Source: Syntrophales bacterium (lineage in GTDB: Bacteria; Desulfobacterota; Syntrophia; Syntrophales; UBA2210). From it: DNA of 64,000 nt. Under the pieces are notes generated by a model, which worked only from the letters and a program-made list of their open reading frames with translations, did not search any database and had not been told where the DNA came from. Shown here piece after piece: positions 10,214 to 19,392 of this stretch (the first letter of the stretch is position 1; the number at the start of each line of letters is the position of its first letter). Made by a program: the position numbers and the translations under genes. The DNA is taken from the NCBI GenBank assembly GCA_963666365.2, contig CAXXNF010000002.1, positions 256,001-320,000 of the forward strand, in the 5' to 3' direction.

Positions 10214-11221
10214 TTGCATCAGACAGATCACATCTACCGTACAGTCGAAAAAATCATATCACCGATCTATGAAGTGGGTGGGTCCGTGCGCGACGGGTTG
10301 CGGGGAGTAGAACCGGCGGACTTCGACTTTGCCACGCCACTCAGTCCCGATGCAATCGAACAGTGTATAAGAGCGCACAACCGGCGCCCCTTTTTGACGG
10401 GAAAGCGCTTCGGCACTATCGGCTTTAAACTCGAAGGTCTGCTGGTGGAAGTCACTACCTTCCGGGTGGAACGGTACCGTGAAGGGACGCGAAACCCCGA
10501 AGTGAGCTTCGTGAGAGACCTTGTGGAAGATTTGGGCAGGAGGGATTTCACCATCAATGCAATGGCCAGGGAGGGCGGCCGACTGATCGATCCTTTTGGA
10601 GGCCGGGAAGATTTAGAGGCCCGGAGTATTCGGTGTGTCGGGAATCCGGCATTGCGCTTTAAGGAAGATCCGCTGCGTATGCTCAGAGCGCTCAGATTCG
10701 CGGCACAATTGGGGTTTGAAATCGAAGAGACCTCGAAAAGAGCGATTGCCCGATGGGCGCACCGCATCCTGCAGGTGAGCAAGGAACGGTGGGTTGCGGA
10801 GCTGGACAAGATGCTGTTAGCCAAAGACTGCGATAAGGGCCTGAGGTATTTCATGAATACGGGCCTTTGCCGGTTCATTATACCTGAGCTTTCTTTACAG
10901 AATGGGTATGACCAGAGAAGCGCCTATCATGCGCGTACCCTCTGGGAACATACGATGGCCGTCACGGTATCTGTTCCTGCGGATATTCATATGAAGTGGG
11001 CCGCCTTACTCCATGATATCGCAAAACCCTTCGTGCGAATTGACAAAGAGGATCGCAGCACCTATGAGAAGCACGATCTTCTCGGATATGAAATGGTCCG
11101 CCGTTTGGGTGCGTACCTCCGGTGGTCAAACCAGAGAATAGAAGAAGTGAGTGAGCTGGTAAGGGATCACATGCGGGACACAAGCCCGCTCCGCAGTGCT
11201 GATAACAACTCGAAGATATGA
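10214..11221 (+). CDS. Class II tRNA nucleotidyltransferase (CCA-adding family) with HD domain, short form
   Basis: 'VGGSVRD..DFDFAT', 'EVTTFR', 'DLGRRDFTINAMA', 'EDPLRMLR', HD motif 'LLHDIAKP'; TTG start uncertain. Confidence 0.88.
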   Translation: MHQTDHIYRTVEKIISPIYEVGGSVRDGLRGVEPADFDFATPLSPDAIEQCIRAHNRRPFLTGKRFGTIGFKLEGLLVEVTTFRVERYREGTRNPEVSFVRDLVEDLGRRDFTINAMAREGGRLIDPFGGREDLEARSIRCVGNPALRFKEDPLRMLRALRFAAQLGFEIEETSKRAIARWAHRILQVSKERWVAELDKMLLAKDCDKGLRYFMNTGLCRFIIPELSLQNGYDQRSAYHARTLWEHTMAVTVSVPADIHMKWAALLHDIAKPFVRIDKEDRSTYEKHDLLGYEMVRRLGAYLRWSNQRIEEVSELVRDHMRDTSPLRSADNNSKI

Positions 11222-11262
11222 ACGGTGCGCAGCCTCACGAGAATTTGTGCGATAGTATCCTC

Positions 11263-11733
11263 CTATTTGCCGCTCTTTTGACAGCTCTCATGAAAGGCTG
11301 TCAACGCTTCACGGATGCTGATTCCTATAGCAGTATAGTCGTCGTCCATCAAGTTTGCCAATGAAACGCGAGCGGGCCATCTGGGACCCGCAAAACCGTA
11401 TCCAGGAAGAAGGACCGTCTTCTTCGTATCGGCAAGATAGAGGAGAAAATCGAGCGGTGAGTAAGTATCTTTCATATAGTCGGAGAATTTACTTCCGTAG
11501 CGGGCCTCTGCCATCCGCCCGATGTCTATCAACGCATAATAGCTCGTCTTGTCCGGACCTTCAGGTGGTGTGGAGGAAATAGGCCTGCAGAGATTGCCGA
11601 TTCTCCGCTTGAGGATTTCTTGGATTGATTCTTTGTAGGTTTTTTGTACGTCCAGCAGTTATAAAAGAGAGAAGAGGGCCATTATACACTGTTGTGGTGT
11701 GGAGAGACCGCCGAAGACCGCGGAGGTAGCCAT
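11263..11733 (-). pseudogene. C-terminal remnant of L-aspartate 4-decarboxylase/aminotransferase (AsdA-like)
   Basis: Reads 'GGLSTPQQCIMALFSLL*LLD...YYALIDI...PLDFLLYLA...LLPGYGFAGPRWPARVSLANL'; in-frame TAA at 11659-11661; N-terminal part missing. Confidence 0.8.
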
Positions 11734-12026
11734 TCTATTTCAGGACTGACACGCATTTAAGCTCTCACGTGTGAAAGCTCATCTGTAAATAAAACGGGGG
11801 GCTGCTTAGAGTATTCTCTTTCCAGGTGGCAGCAGGTGTTACCGCCTCCTTTCCATGGATAAGCGGCTCCTCTTGCAGCTGCAGATATGATATTTCCATT
11901 ATTACCCGCAGCATAGCAATGCGTACGTTTTTTTGTCAAACTGTGTTTGTTTATTGAGCGAAAAAGCTGAAAGAAGGTTGACAAAAGAGAAGAGCCCTCT
12001 TACAAGAAGAAAGATAATTGTTCCAG

Positions 12027-12043
12027 GGGTGAGCGCTCGTTCT
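12027..12043. promoter_or_regulatory. Candidate TetR operator C upstream of the acyl-CoA ligase operon
   Basis: Reverse strand AGAACGAGCGCTCACCC, palindromic core GAGCGCTC, matches AACGAnCGnT of sites A and B; downstream of a TTGACA near 11980. Confidence 0.4.
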
Positions 12044-12070
12044 CTTAACATTTTGAAAGGAGGGATTACG

Positions 12071-13618
12071 ATGGTACAGTATTTTTCCAAAGTTGTGGAA
12101 GATCACGCGACTGTGAGACCCGATCATTGCGCCTACATCTTCATGGGCCAGGAAACATCCTACAAAACACTGAACGACAATATCAATCAGGTGGCCCAGT
12201 CCTTTCTCGATCTGGGAATCAGGCCGGGCGACCGGATTGCGACTATTCTTCCCCAGTCACCGGCCTTCGTCAATATTTTCATGGCCTGCGCCGCTATGGG
12301 GCTGGTGCTTGTTCCGCTGGATCCCCGCTTTACTGCAGCGGAGATGATCGCCCTTTGCGAGCGGACATCGCCCACACTTCTCGTCACGCTCGCCTATCCG
12401 GAAAATATCAAACAGGCTGCACAGGAACTGATCAAAACGGTTCCCATCGATAATGTTTTCAGTTTCTTCGGCAACTTCGAGGAGGTAAAAAGCAGGTCCT
12501 ATGAAACACTGCTGGAGTCCTCGCCGAAACCGGTTCCCGATGAAATGCACCCTCAGCCCGACGATCCCCTGGTCATTATTTTTACCAGCGGAACAACAGG
12601 GAAACCCAAAGGCGCGCTTATCAGTCATAAAAACAGCTATGCGATTTCGAAAGTGACGGTAGATGCCGGCGGATTCACCCCTGATGATCGAGTATTTTAT
12701 AATATGCCCACAAGCCATGTCGGGGGGACCCACGACCAGATCACGGCGAATCTTCTGGGCGGCGGTACGGCGGTGATCTGCCCCACCTTCAATCCGCAGG
12801 AAATGCTTGAACTTATGGGAAAGTACCGTATCACCGTATTCGGCGGCGTCCCGACAATGTACCGGCTCATCTTCCGGCAGTGCAACGTGAAAGACTACGA
12901 TGTGTCATCGGCGCGTTATGCCATTGTATCGGGTGAGCCGTCGCCGCCGGAGCTGATTTACAAGATCAAGGAAAACTTCCCCAACGCGACAATCGCCGCG
13001 AGCTGGGGAATGACGGAAACGGCGGGATTTTTCACCTTTACGAAACCTGGTGACGATTTGCAGGTGGTGGCGGAAACGGAGGGAACGCCCTGTCCCGGTT
13101 TCGAAATGAAAGTGCTGAAGCCGGACAGCACCTGGGTGGACCGGGGAGAAACCGGCGAGCTCTGTGTGAAAGGCGACAGCGTCATCTCCAGCTACATGGA
13201 TGAGAAGGACAACGAGAACGCCTTTTTCGACGGATGGCTGAGGACCGGAGACCTGGGATACATGGATGACCGGAATTATATGCATTATGTGGGCCGCTCG
13301 AAGGAGATGTACATCAGCGGCGGTTACAATGTGTACCCTCTGGAAATCGAATCGTTCCTTAACGCGCACCCCAAGATAAACACATCGGCGGTGATCGAAG
13401 TGCCCGACGAGCTGTGGGGAGAGCGGGGCATCGCCTTCGTGGCGCCCGAGGAGGGGGTGGAGGTCGCCGAATCGGAGATCATGGGCTATTGCAAGGAAGG
13501 ATTGGCGGATTACAAGCGTCCCAAAAAGATAGTAGTGGAGAAGGACCTGCCGCGGACCAGAGTGGGGAAGGTCGACAAGCAATCCATCAGAAAAGAAATA
13601 GGGCGGTATGTAGATTAG
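12071..13618 (+). CDS. AMP-forming acyl-CoA ligase (class I adenylate-forming enzyme)
   Basis: 'FTSGTTGKPKG', 'WGMTET', 'TGDLG', 'SGGYNVYPLEIE', 'PRTRVGK'; RBS AAGGAGG. Confidence 0.93.
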   Translation: MVQYFSKVVEDHATVRPDHCAYIFMGQETSYKTLNDNINQVAQSFLDLGIRPGDRIATILPQSPAFVNIFMACAAMGLVLVPLDPRFTAAEMIALCERTSPTLLVTLAYPENIKQAAQELIKTVPIDNVFSFFGNFEEVKSRSYETLLESSPKPVPDEMHPQPDDPLVIIFTSGTTGKPKGALISHKNSYAISKVTVDAGGFTPDDRVFYNMPTSHVGGTHDQITANLLGGGTAVICPTFNPQEMLELMGKYRITVFGGVPTMYRLIFRQCNVKDYDVSSARYAIVSGEPSPPELIYKIKENFPNATIAASWGMTETAGFFTFTKPGDDLQVVAETEGTPCPGFEMKVLKPDSTWVDRGETGELCVKGDSVISSYMDEKDNENAFFDGWLRTGDLGYMDDRNYMHYVGRSKEMYISGGYNVYPLEIESFLNAHPKINTSAVIEVPDELWGERGIAFVAPEEGVEVAESEIMGYCKEGLADYKRPKKIVVEKDLPRTRVGKVDKQSIRKEIGRYVD

Positions 13619-13635
13619 AAAGAAGCGCATGTGCG

Positions 13636-14847
13636 GTGGCGGAGTGGCTGAAGGAGATCGTGGGGCAGGAATGGATTGAAGAAGATCCCGCCGGATACGG
13701 GTCACGAGTGCATCCGAATGACGCCGGGGATGTACGGACCATTCTCATGCATGCGGGAGAAAATGGTACCCATGTGGTAACCGCCGGTGCGGCGCGCCTC
13801 CTTCCTCCGACGGGTAAACCTTTCATCTTGCTCGATTTTTCCCGCCTTAAGGGAATCGAAATTTTCGACGCCGATAGAATCGCCCTTTGCGGCGCCGGGG
13901 TGACGAACAGCACCCTCGAAGCCGCGCTGAGCTCCCAGGCACCGGGGTTAGCCTATTCGCTTCCCGACGAGAAGTCGGCAACGGTCGCGGAAAGCGCCCT
14001 TGGGGCCGATTGCGGGACTCTTGCGGCGGCCTGGGGAACCAACGCCGATATGATCTGCGCGCAGGAACTGGTCCTTGCCAATGGGATGTGCTGTCGGACG
14101 GGTTCGGCATCCATGAATGCAGGCTGGTTTGCACGGGGACCGCTTCCGGATCTTTCCGGCATCACTGTGGGCTGGCTTGATGCCATCGGAGTCGTAACAC
14201 GGCTGTCGATAAAACTCTATCCGAAACCGCCCCTCAGCCTTTTTTTCAGATGCCGGTCCGACGATCCCGAGCGCCTGTCCCACATTGCCGGACGCCTTTC
14301 CCGCACCGAAATCCCCATGGCGCTTACGATCGAGGGGCGCCGAGAAGGGAGGAAACAGAGGGCCTTCATAGAGGCATGCTTCGGCGCCTTCTCGGAAAAA
14401 GAGCGAGATATGAAGTGGAAAATTCTTGCGGACGCCGCCGAAGGATCGATACTCGTTGAACAGGCGGAGAAACTTGACCGGATGACGGACGGCGGCGGCG
14501 AACTTTTCGTCTATCCCGGAACGGTAGGCCGGCTGATGAAAGAAGCCGGCGCGGCAGCGGCTGATGCAGGCCGTGCAGTCTCTTTTCGCATTTCATTTTT
14601 TGATGCCGGACACGGAGCGCTCTTCCGTTTTAATTTCGAAGGGAGCGGAAAAGAATCCGAGCCGTTGAGAAAAATAATGATTCGAAGCATAGGAGAAGGG
14701 GCTGTTCCGCGCAGGCCGGACCGGGAAATGCAGCAGGCACTCATGAAGCACATGAACGCGTCAACAGTGGATATCATGGGCAAGATCAAAAGACGGTTCG
14801 ATCCGAAAGGGATTCTGAATCCCGGCCTCTGGGAGGTGGCGCCATGA
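13636..14847 (+). CDS. FAD-linked oxidoreductase (GlcD/GlcE-like), divergent paralogue of 16031
   Basis: 'LLDFSRL', 'GAGVT', 'ELVLANG', 'PLPDLSG', 'GVVTR', C-terminal 'FDPKGILNPG'; start GTG 13636 inferred from alignment to the paralogue. Confidence 0.78.
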   Translation: MAEWLKEIVGQEWIEEDPAGYGSRVHPNDAGDVRTILMHAGENGTHVVTAGAARLLPPTGKPFILLDFSRLKGIEIFDADRIALCGAGVTNSTLEAALSSQAPGLAYSLPDEKSATVAESALGADCGTLAAAWGTNADMICAQELVLANGMCCRTGSASMNAGWFARGPLPDLSGITVGWLDAIGVVTRLSIKLYPKPPLSLFFRCRSDDPERLSHIAGRLSRTEIPMALTIEGRREGRKQRAFIEACFGAFSEKERDMKWKILADAAEGSILVEQAEKLDRMTDGGGELFVYPGTVGRLMKEAGAAAADAGRAVSFRISFFDAGHGALFRFNFEGSGKESEPLRKIMIRSIGEGAVPRRPDREMQQALMKHMNASTVDIMGKIKRRFDPKGILNPGLWEVAP

Positions 14848-16034
14848 ATATGGCGGAATTTCAGGATCTGCTGCACCGCTGTTTCCGCTGCGGATACTGT
14901 AAATTTACGGCTGATTTCGCCCAGTACAACTGTCCCCCTTACCGAAGGTTCCGGCTGGAAAGCTTCTCCCCGGGCGGCAGAATGTGGCTCATCCGGGCAG
15001 TGCAGGCAGGAGAACTGCCACCGGGACAGGGATTTGCGAAAATCCTCTATACCTGTACCATGTGCGGAAATTGCGTCGAAGAATGCCGCTTCAAGTTTCA
15101 TGATGACCTCATGAAAATCATCACGGCGGCCCGCACCGACCTGGTCGAGCGAAGCATCGTGCCTCCGGCGGTAAGAGATTTCTTCAAGAACATCTATACC
15201 AGCGGGAATCCCTGGAAGGCGTCTCAGGAAGAGCGGGGCCGCTGGGCCGAAGAAGCGGGTATTCCTCTTTTTGACGGAAGTCAGGACTATCTCCTGTACG
15301 TGGGGTGCATCGGCTCCTATGACAGGCGCGCCCGGAAGATCGTGCTGGCCCTGGCTGAACTCTTCAGTGAGGGGGATCTCTCATTCGGGATTCTGGGCGA
15401 GCAGGAATCCTGTGACGGAAACGAGGTTTTCCGCATGGGAGAGGACGGCCTCTTTCAGTATCTGGCCGAGCGAAATATCGCCTCCTTCCGCTCGAAGGGG
15501 GTGAAAAAAATAGTGACCCTCTCGCCCCATGCCTTCAATATCATGACCCATGAATATCCGAAACTGGGCGGCGCTTTTGACATTGTCCATTATACAGAGC
15601 TTTTAAGCAAGTTCATTAATGATGGGAAACTCGCGGAACGTTCCCCGGCCCCGCCTCTGCGGGTGACCTATCACGATCCCTGTTTCCTGGGACGGTGGAA
15701 CAGGCGCTATGATGATCCGCGAAGCATCCTTCATGGCCTGCCGGGAGTTTTACTGGTCGAAATGGAGGCGAATCGCGAAAACGCCCGATGCTGCGGCGGC
15801 GGAGGCGGCAATTTTTACACCGATTTTCTCGGAAGCGGCGAAGACAGCCCCGCGCGTTTGAGAATCAGGGAAGCCGCGGCAACCGGCGCGGATAGACTGG
15901 TGCTTGCCTGTCCCACCTGCATGACCATGTTTGCCGACGCCGTCAAGGTCGAGGGGCTGGAAGAACGGCTCGCCGTTCTGGATATCGCGGAACTCCTTCT
16001 AGAGAGGCGGAAAGAGACGGGGGAAAAGCGATGA
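14844..16034 (+). CDS. Fe-S/CCG-domain oxidoreductase (GlcF/GlpC/HdrD-like)
   Basis: 'CFRCGYC...CP', 'CTMCGNCVEEC', CCG domain 'YHDPC...CCGGGGG...ACPTC'. Confidence 0.92.
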   Translation: MNMAEFQDLLHRCFRCGYCKFTADFAQYNCPPYRRFRLESFSPGGRMWLIRAVQAGELPPGQGFAKILYTCTMCGNCVEECRFKFHDDLMKIITAARTDLVERSIVPPAVRDFFKNIYTSGNPWKASQEERGRWAEEAGIPLFDGSQDYLLYVGCIGSYDRRARKIVLALAELFSEGDLSFGILGEQESCDGNEVFRMGEDGLFQYLAERNIASFRSKGVKKIVTLSPHAFNIMTHEYPKLGGAFDIVHYTELLSKFINDGKLAERSPAPPLRVTYHDPCFLGRWNRRYDDPRSILHGLPGVLLVEMEANRENARCCGGGGGNFYTDFLGSGEDSPARLRIREAAATGADRLVLACPTCMTMFADAVKVEGLEERLAVLDIAELLLERRKETGEKR

Positions 16035-17434
16035 ACGAAGATGCCTTCTATGAAAAGCTGACAAAGATCGTCGGAGCGGATTTTGCATCGAACCGCCCGG
16101 AAGAGCTTTTTCTTTATTCCCGCGATTCCGGCGCCACCGTGCCTCGCAGAGCGGATTATGCGACCATGCCGAAGACGGTGGAAGAACTGAAAAGCATTGT
16201 TCTGTTAGCGGGTGAATACTCGGTGCCGGTGGTTCCGCTGGGCGGCGGTCTTACCCTGTCGGCGCTGGCCGTGCCGGTCAGAGGCGGCGTCGTCCTCGAC
16301 CTGAAACGGATGGACCGGATCATCGAAATTGACGAAGAGGCCGGCTATGCCCTGATAGAACCGGGCGTCACCCAGGGGGCGCTCATTGCCTGTCTGGAAA
16401 GGGATCATCCCCATTTGCGCCACTCGGCGCCCGACGCCCCGCCGGCGGCAACCGTGGCGGGAAACGCCCTGATTTACGGTTCGGGACATCTATCGAAATA
16501 CGGCGCCCACTCCGAGATGATCACCGGTCTCGAGACGGTCCTTTCGGACGGGCGGATCTGCCGCATCGGGTCGTGCAGTACCGGCGGGCATTGGTTCTGC
16601 CGGTGGCCGCTTCCCGATCTTTCGTCTTTCTTCCTCAACTGGTTCGGCACCACAGGGATCGTGACAAAGCTGGCATACAAACTCTATCCGCGGCACAGGT
16701 ACCGGGATATGATCCCCTTTGTCGTAGAAGGCCCCGACCGGGTGCCCGAGGCGATCGGAAAGATCACCGCGACGGGGATGATGGAGGACGTGCTTATAGT
16801 GGTGGGAAAGCCGCCCAGGATTCCTTTTCTCGTTGCGATGCTGATCGTCTATGTGACCGCCGACACCGAAGAGGAACTGGCAATGAAAGAAGAGGTGTTC
16901 CGGGAGATGTTTGCCGGCTTCGGCGAGGAGGGTTCGCGGATTATCCATCATGCGAAGGAACTGTTTCCGCCGAAAATCGTCAAAGGGTTCATGGAGGAGC
17001 CGCAATACGCGGCGGCGGCGGCCGATTTTCTCCAGGGGGGCGGCTTCGAGTATCTCGGCATTGCCCTGCCGGTTGCGAAAATTCCCGAGGTATGGCGATG
17101 CGGCATGCAGATAGCCGCCGACTACGGTTTCGATGCGCCCCAGTATACGATAAGGAACATCGGCTGCGGCCATGGCGTGATCTTCGCCATCGGCTATCCC
17201 TTCAACCGCGCCGATGAGGCGAGCATGGAGCGCTCGCGCAAGGCGCTCTATGCGACGAACAGAATGGCCCTGAAGGTGGGTGGGGTGCACTGGAAACCGG
17301 AGCTCGACGGACAGAAATGCATACTTGACAATATCGATACCGGCGCCCGCGCCCTCATGGGAGAGGTAAAAGAGCTTTTCGATCCCGCCTCCATCATGAA
17401 CCCAGGCAACTGGACCGGGGTCGGACCCAACTAA
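16031..17434 (+). CDS. FAD-binding oxidoreductase (GlcD/FAD_binding_4 family)
   Basis: 'PVVPLGGGLTL', 'LDLKRMDRI', 'IEPGVT', 'GTTGIVTK', 'FDPASIMNPG'. Confidence 0.92.
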   Translation: MNEDAFYEKLTKIVGADFASNRPEELFLYSRDSGATVPRRADYATMPKTVEELKSIVLLAGEYSVPVVPLGGGLTLSALAVPVRGGVVLDLKRMDRIIEIDEEAGYALIEPGVTQGALIACLERDHPHLRHSAPDAPPAATVAGNALIYGSGHLSKYGAHSEMITGLETVLSDGRICRIGSCSTGGHWFCRWPLPDLSSFFLNWFGTTGIVTKLAYKLYPRHRYRDMIPFVVEGPDRVPEAIGKITATGMMEDVLIVVGKPPRIPFLVAMLIVYVTADTEEELAMKEEVFREMFAGFGEEGSRIIHHAKELFPPKIVKGFMEEPQYAAAAADFLQGGGFEYLGIALPVAKIPEVWRCGMQIAADYGFDAPQYTIRNIGCGHGVIFAIGYPFNRADEASMERSRKALYATNRMALKVGGVHWKPELDGQKCILDNIDTGARALMGEVKELFDPASIMNPGNWTGVGPN

Positions 17435-17536
17435 CCCCGCTTCTTCTTCCAGCCGCTGGGGATTTCTTGCCGCGGCATTGAAGATTGAAGTGGTGTTAAT
17501 GAGCATTATTTAACAGTGTACCCGGAAACGACCACT

Positions 17537-18859
17537 ATGAAAACCAGAAAGAATGTGAGAAGCGGAAAGCCAATGGCGCCCAGTAAAAGGACAGCCGGTT
17601 CGGAAATACTGCAAAAATTTTTGAATGGCAGCAGGAAAAGCTATGCCACTTCACTTAATATAGATTTCATACTGGAAAATGCACCCGAGGCCATTTATGT
17701 GGTGCAGGACGGAAAATTCAAATACGTCAACAAAAAGGTGTCGGAGATTCTTGGATTTTCAAAAGAGGAGATGTTGACCAAACAACCTCAGGATTTTGTC
17801 CATCCCGAAGATAAAAAACGGGTTATTGACAATTATTTCAGGAGATTGAAGGGGGAGGACATCGAACCCTATCTGTATAAAGGGTATGACAAATACGGTA
17901 ATTTGCAGTGGAGAAAAATCGCGGACCTGGTGATACTCTGGGAGGGCCGGCCGGCGACACTCAATTTTGTAAGCGATGCAACGCCGCGGGTGAAAGCGGA
18001 AGAGGCGTTCAAAAAATCCGAGCGGCAGCTGGCTGATATAATGGATTTTTTGCCCGACGCCACTTTCGCCCGGGATGTGGAAGGAACAGTAATTGCCTGG
18101 AATAAGGAAATGGAAAAGATGTCGGGAATCAAAGCGGCCGATATAATAGGAAAAGGAAACTACGAGTATGCCCTTCCCTTTTACGGAATCAGAAGGCCGA
18201 TGCTTATCGATCTTATTCTCAAACCGGACAGGGAAATAGAAAAAGACTATGTCTATTTCAAGAGGGAAAAAAATTTCATCTATGCCGTAAGCCGCTTTAT
18301 GTCCAAAGGGGCGCCTGTCTGGATCTGGGCCAAGTCAAGCATCATTTACGATCATCATGAAAATATCATCGGCGCCGTTGCTTCGATCCGGGATATAACC
18401 GATTCGAAGATCGCCGAAGATGAACTGACGGAAAAAACAGCCAATCTGGAGGCGGCAAATACTGCCTTGAAGGTGCTGCTGAAACACAGAGAGAACGACC
18501 AGAACGAACTCGAAGATAAAATAATACGAAATATACGAGAATTGGTTCTGCCCTATATCGAGAACCTGAAGATTGCCGGACTGAGTTCCGCTCAGGCCCG
18601 GTATGTCAATATCGCTGAAAGGCATTTAAACGAGATCGTTTCTCCTTTTCTGGTTAAAATGGCGCACAAGCATCGAAAATTAACCCCCCGAGAGCTGCAG
18701 ATCGCCAGCTTGATCAAGGACGGAAAAACCACAAAAGAAATTGCCGAAATACTCAATCTCGAAACCACTACCATTAATAATCACAGAGGTCGCCTCAGGA
18801 AAAAACTCGAACTGAAGGGCAAAGATAAAAATCTTCGCTCCTACCTGCTGTCCTTCTAA
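17537..18859 (+). CDS. PAS-PAS-LuxR transcriptional regulator
   Basis: Two PAS domains ('FVHPED', 'FLPDATF..VIAWN'), coiled coil 'NTALKVLL', LuxR HTH 'LTPRELQIASLIKDGKTTKEIAEIL'; start uncertain (17516/17537/17573). Confidence 0.92.
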   Translation: MKTRKNVRSGKPMAPSKRTAGSEILQKFLNGSRKSYATSLNIDFILENAPEAIYVVQDGKFKYVNKKVSEILGFSKEEMLTKQPQDFVHPEDKKRVIDNYFRRLKGEDIEPYLYKGYDKYGNLQWRKIADLVILWEGRPATLNFVSDATPRVKAEEAFKKSERQLADIMDFLPDATFARDVEGTVIAWNKEMEKMSGIKAADIIGKGNYEYALPFYGIRRPMLIDLILKPDREIEKDYVYFKREKNFIYAVSRFMSKGAPVWIWAKSSIIYDHHENIIGAVASIRDITDSKIAEDELTEKTANLEAANTALKVLLKHRENDQNELEDKIIRNIRELVLPYIENLKIAGLSSAQARYVNIAERHLNEIVSPFLVKMAHKHRKLTPRELQIASLIKDGKTTKEIAEILNLETTTINNHRGRLRKKLELKGKDKNLRSYLLSF

Positions 18860-19092
18860 TTAAGTGGTACACTGCTCATGTAGTTTCCGATGCAGGGGCA
18901 CGAGGAGTTTCTGAAGAGACGTCATCTCCTGTTTCAGGCTGATCCTGTCTTGTCTGATAAATCGAATTAGATACATCAGTGTTATACTGAGAAACACTAA
19001 TACATTGGGCAGTAAAAAATGCGTATATGCCCAGCTGTATTTTTTCGCCTTTTCGAACTATAGGCATAGGCAATAAGATGGTTTGCATGTGA

Positions 19093-19290
19093 CATACGTA
19101 TAAGACACTGAACAGCGTGGCTCATGTGTGTGCCTGCGACCATCAGGTTGTACGCGATGTCTACGTAGCGGAATATGAATTCCCGTGCAGATACTATGAT
19201 AATGCCGGCGCTCCGGCAAAACCGGTTGTGATGCCTGCCGAATACGTCATGCCGGCACCTCCGGCTGATCTCGAACGGTGCACCAGATAG
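19093..19290 (+). pseudogene. 3' remnant of a third ABC substrate-binding protein paralogue
   Basis: Translates 'TYKTLNSVAHVCACDHQVVRDVYVAEYEFP..YYD..APAKP..PPADLERCTR*', collinear with the C-termini of 21427 and 26470; preceded by TGA, 5' part absent. Confidence 0.9.
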
Positions 19291-19392
19291 GAAAAAAGTT
19301 GATTGCAGACTGCAAAATAAGAGCGGGACTCGGGGGGAATGTTCGGGGGCCGCTTTATTTTTAATATGTTATGCAAGGGAGGTACTATAACA

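Noticed and set aside
11757..11984. 75-aa minus-strand ORF and orphan AAGGAGG upstream of the pseudogene
   Set aside because: No ATG at a suitable spacing after the Shine-Dalgarno-like sequence and no motif support
13414..13635. Long N-terminal extension of the FAD protein in the ORF track
   Set aside because: Overlaps the ligase by about 200 nt in another frame; similarity to the paralogue starts near GTG 13636
16490..17506. Long antisense ORFs (also 25101-26051, 28441-29361, 34584-35588, 44039-45094, 49499-50554)
   Set aside because: Shadow frames opposite well-supported genes in GC-rich DNA, with no motifs
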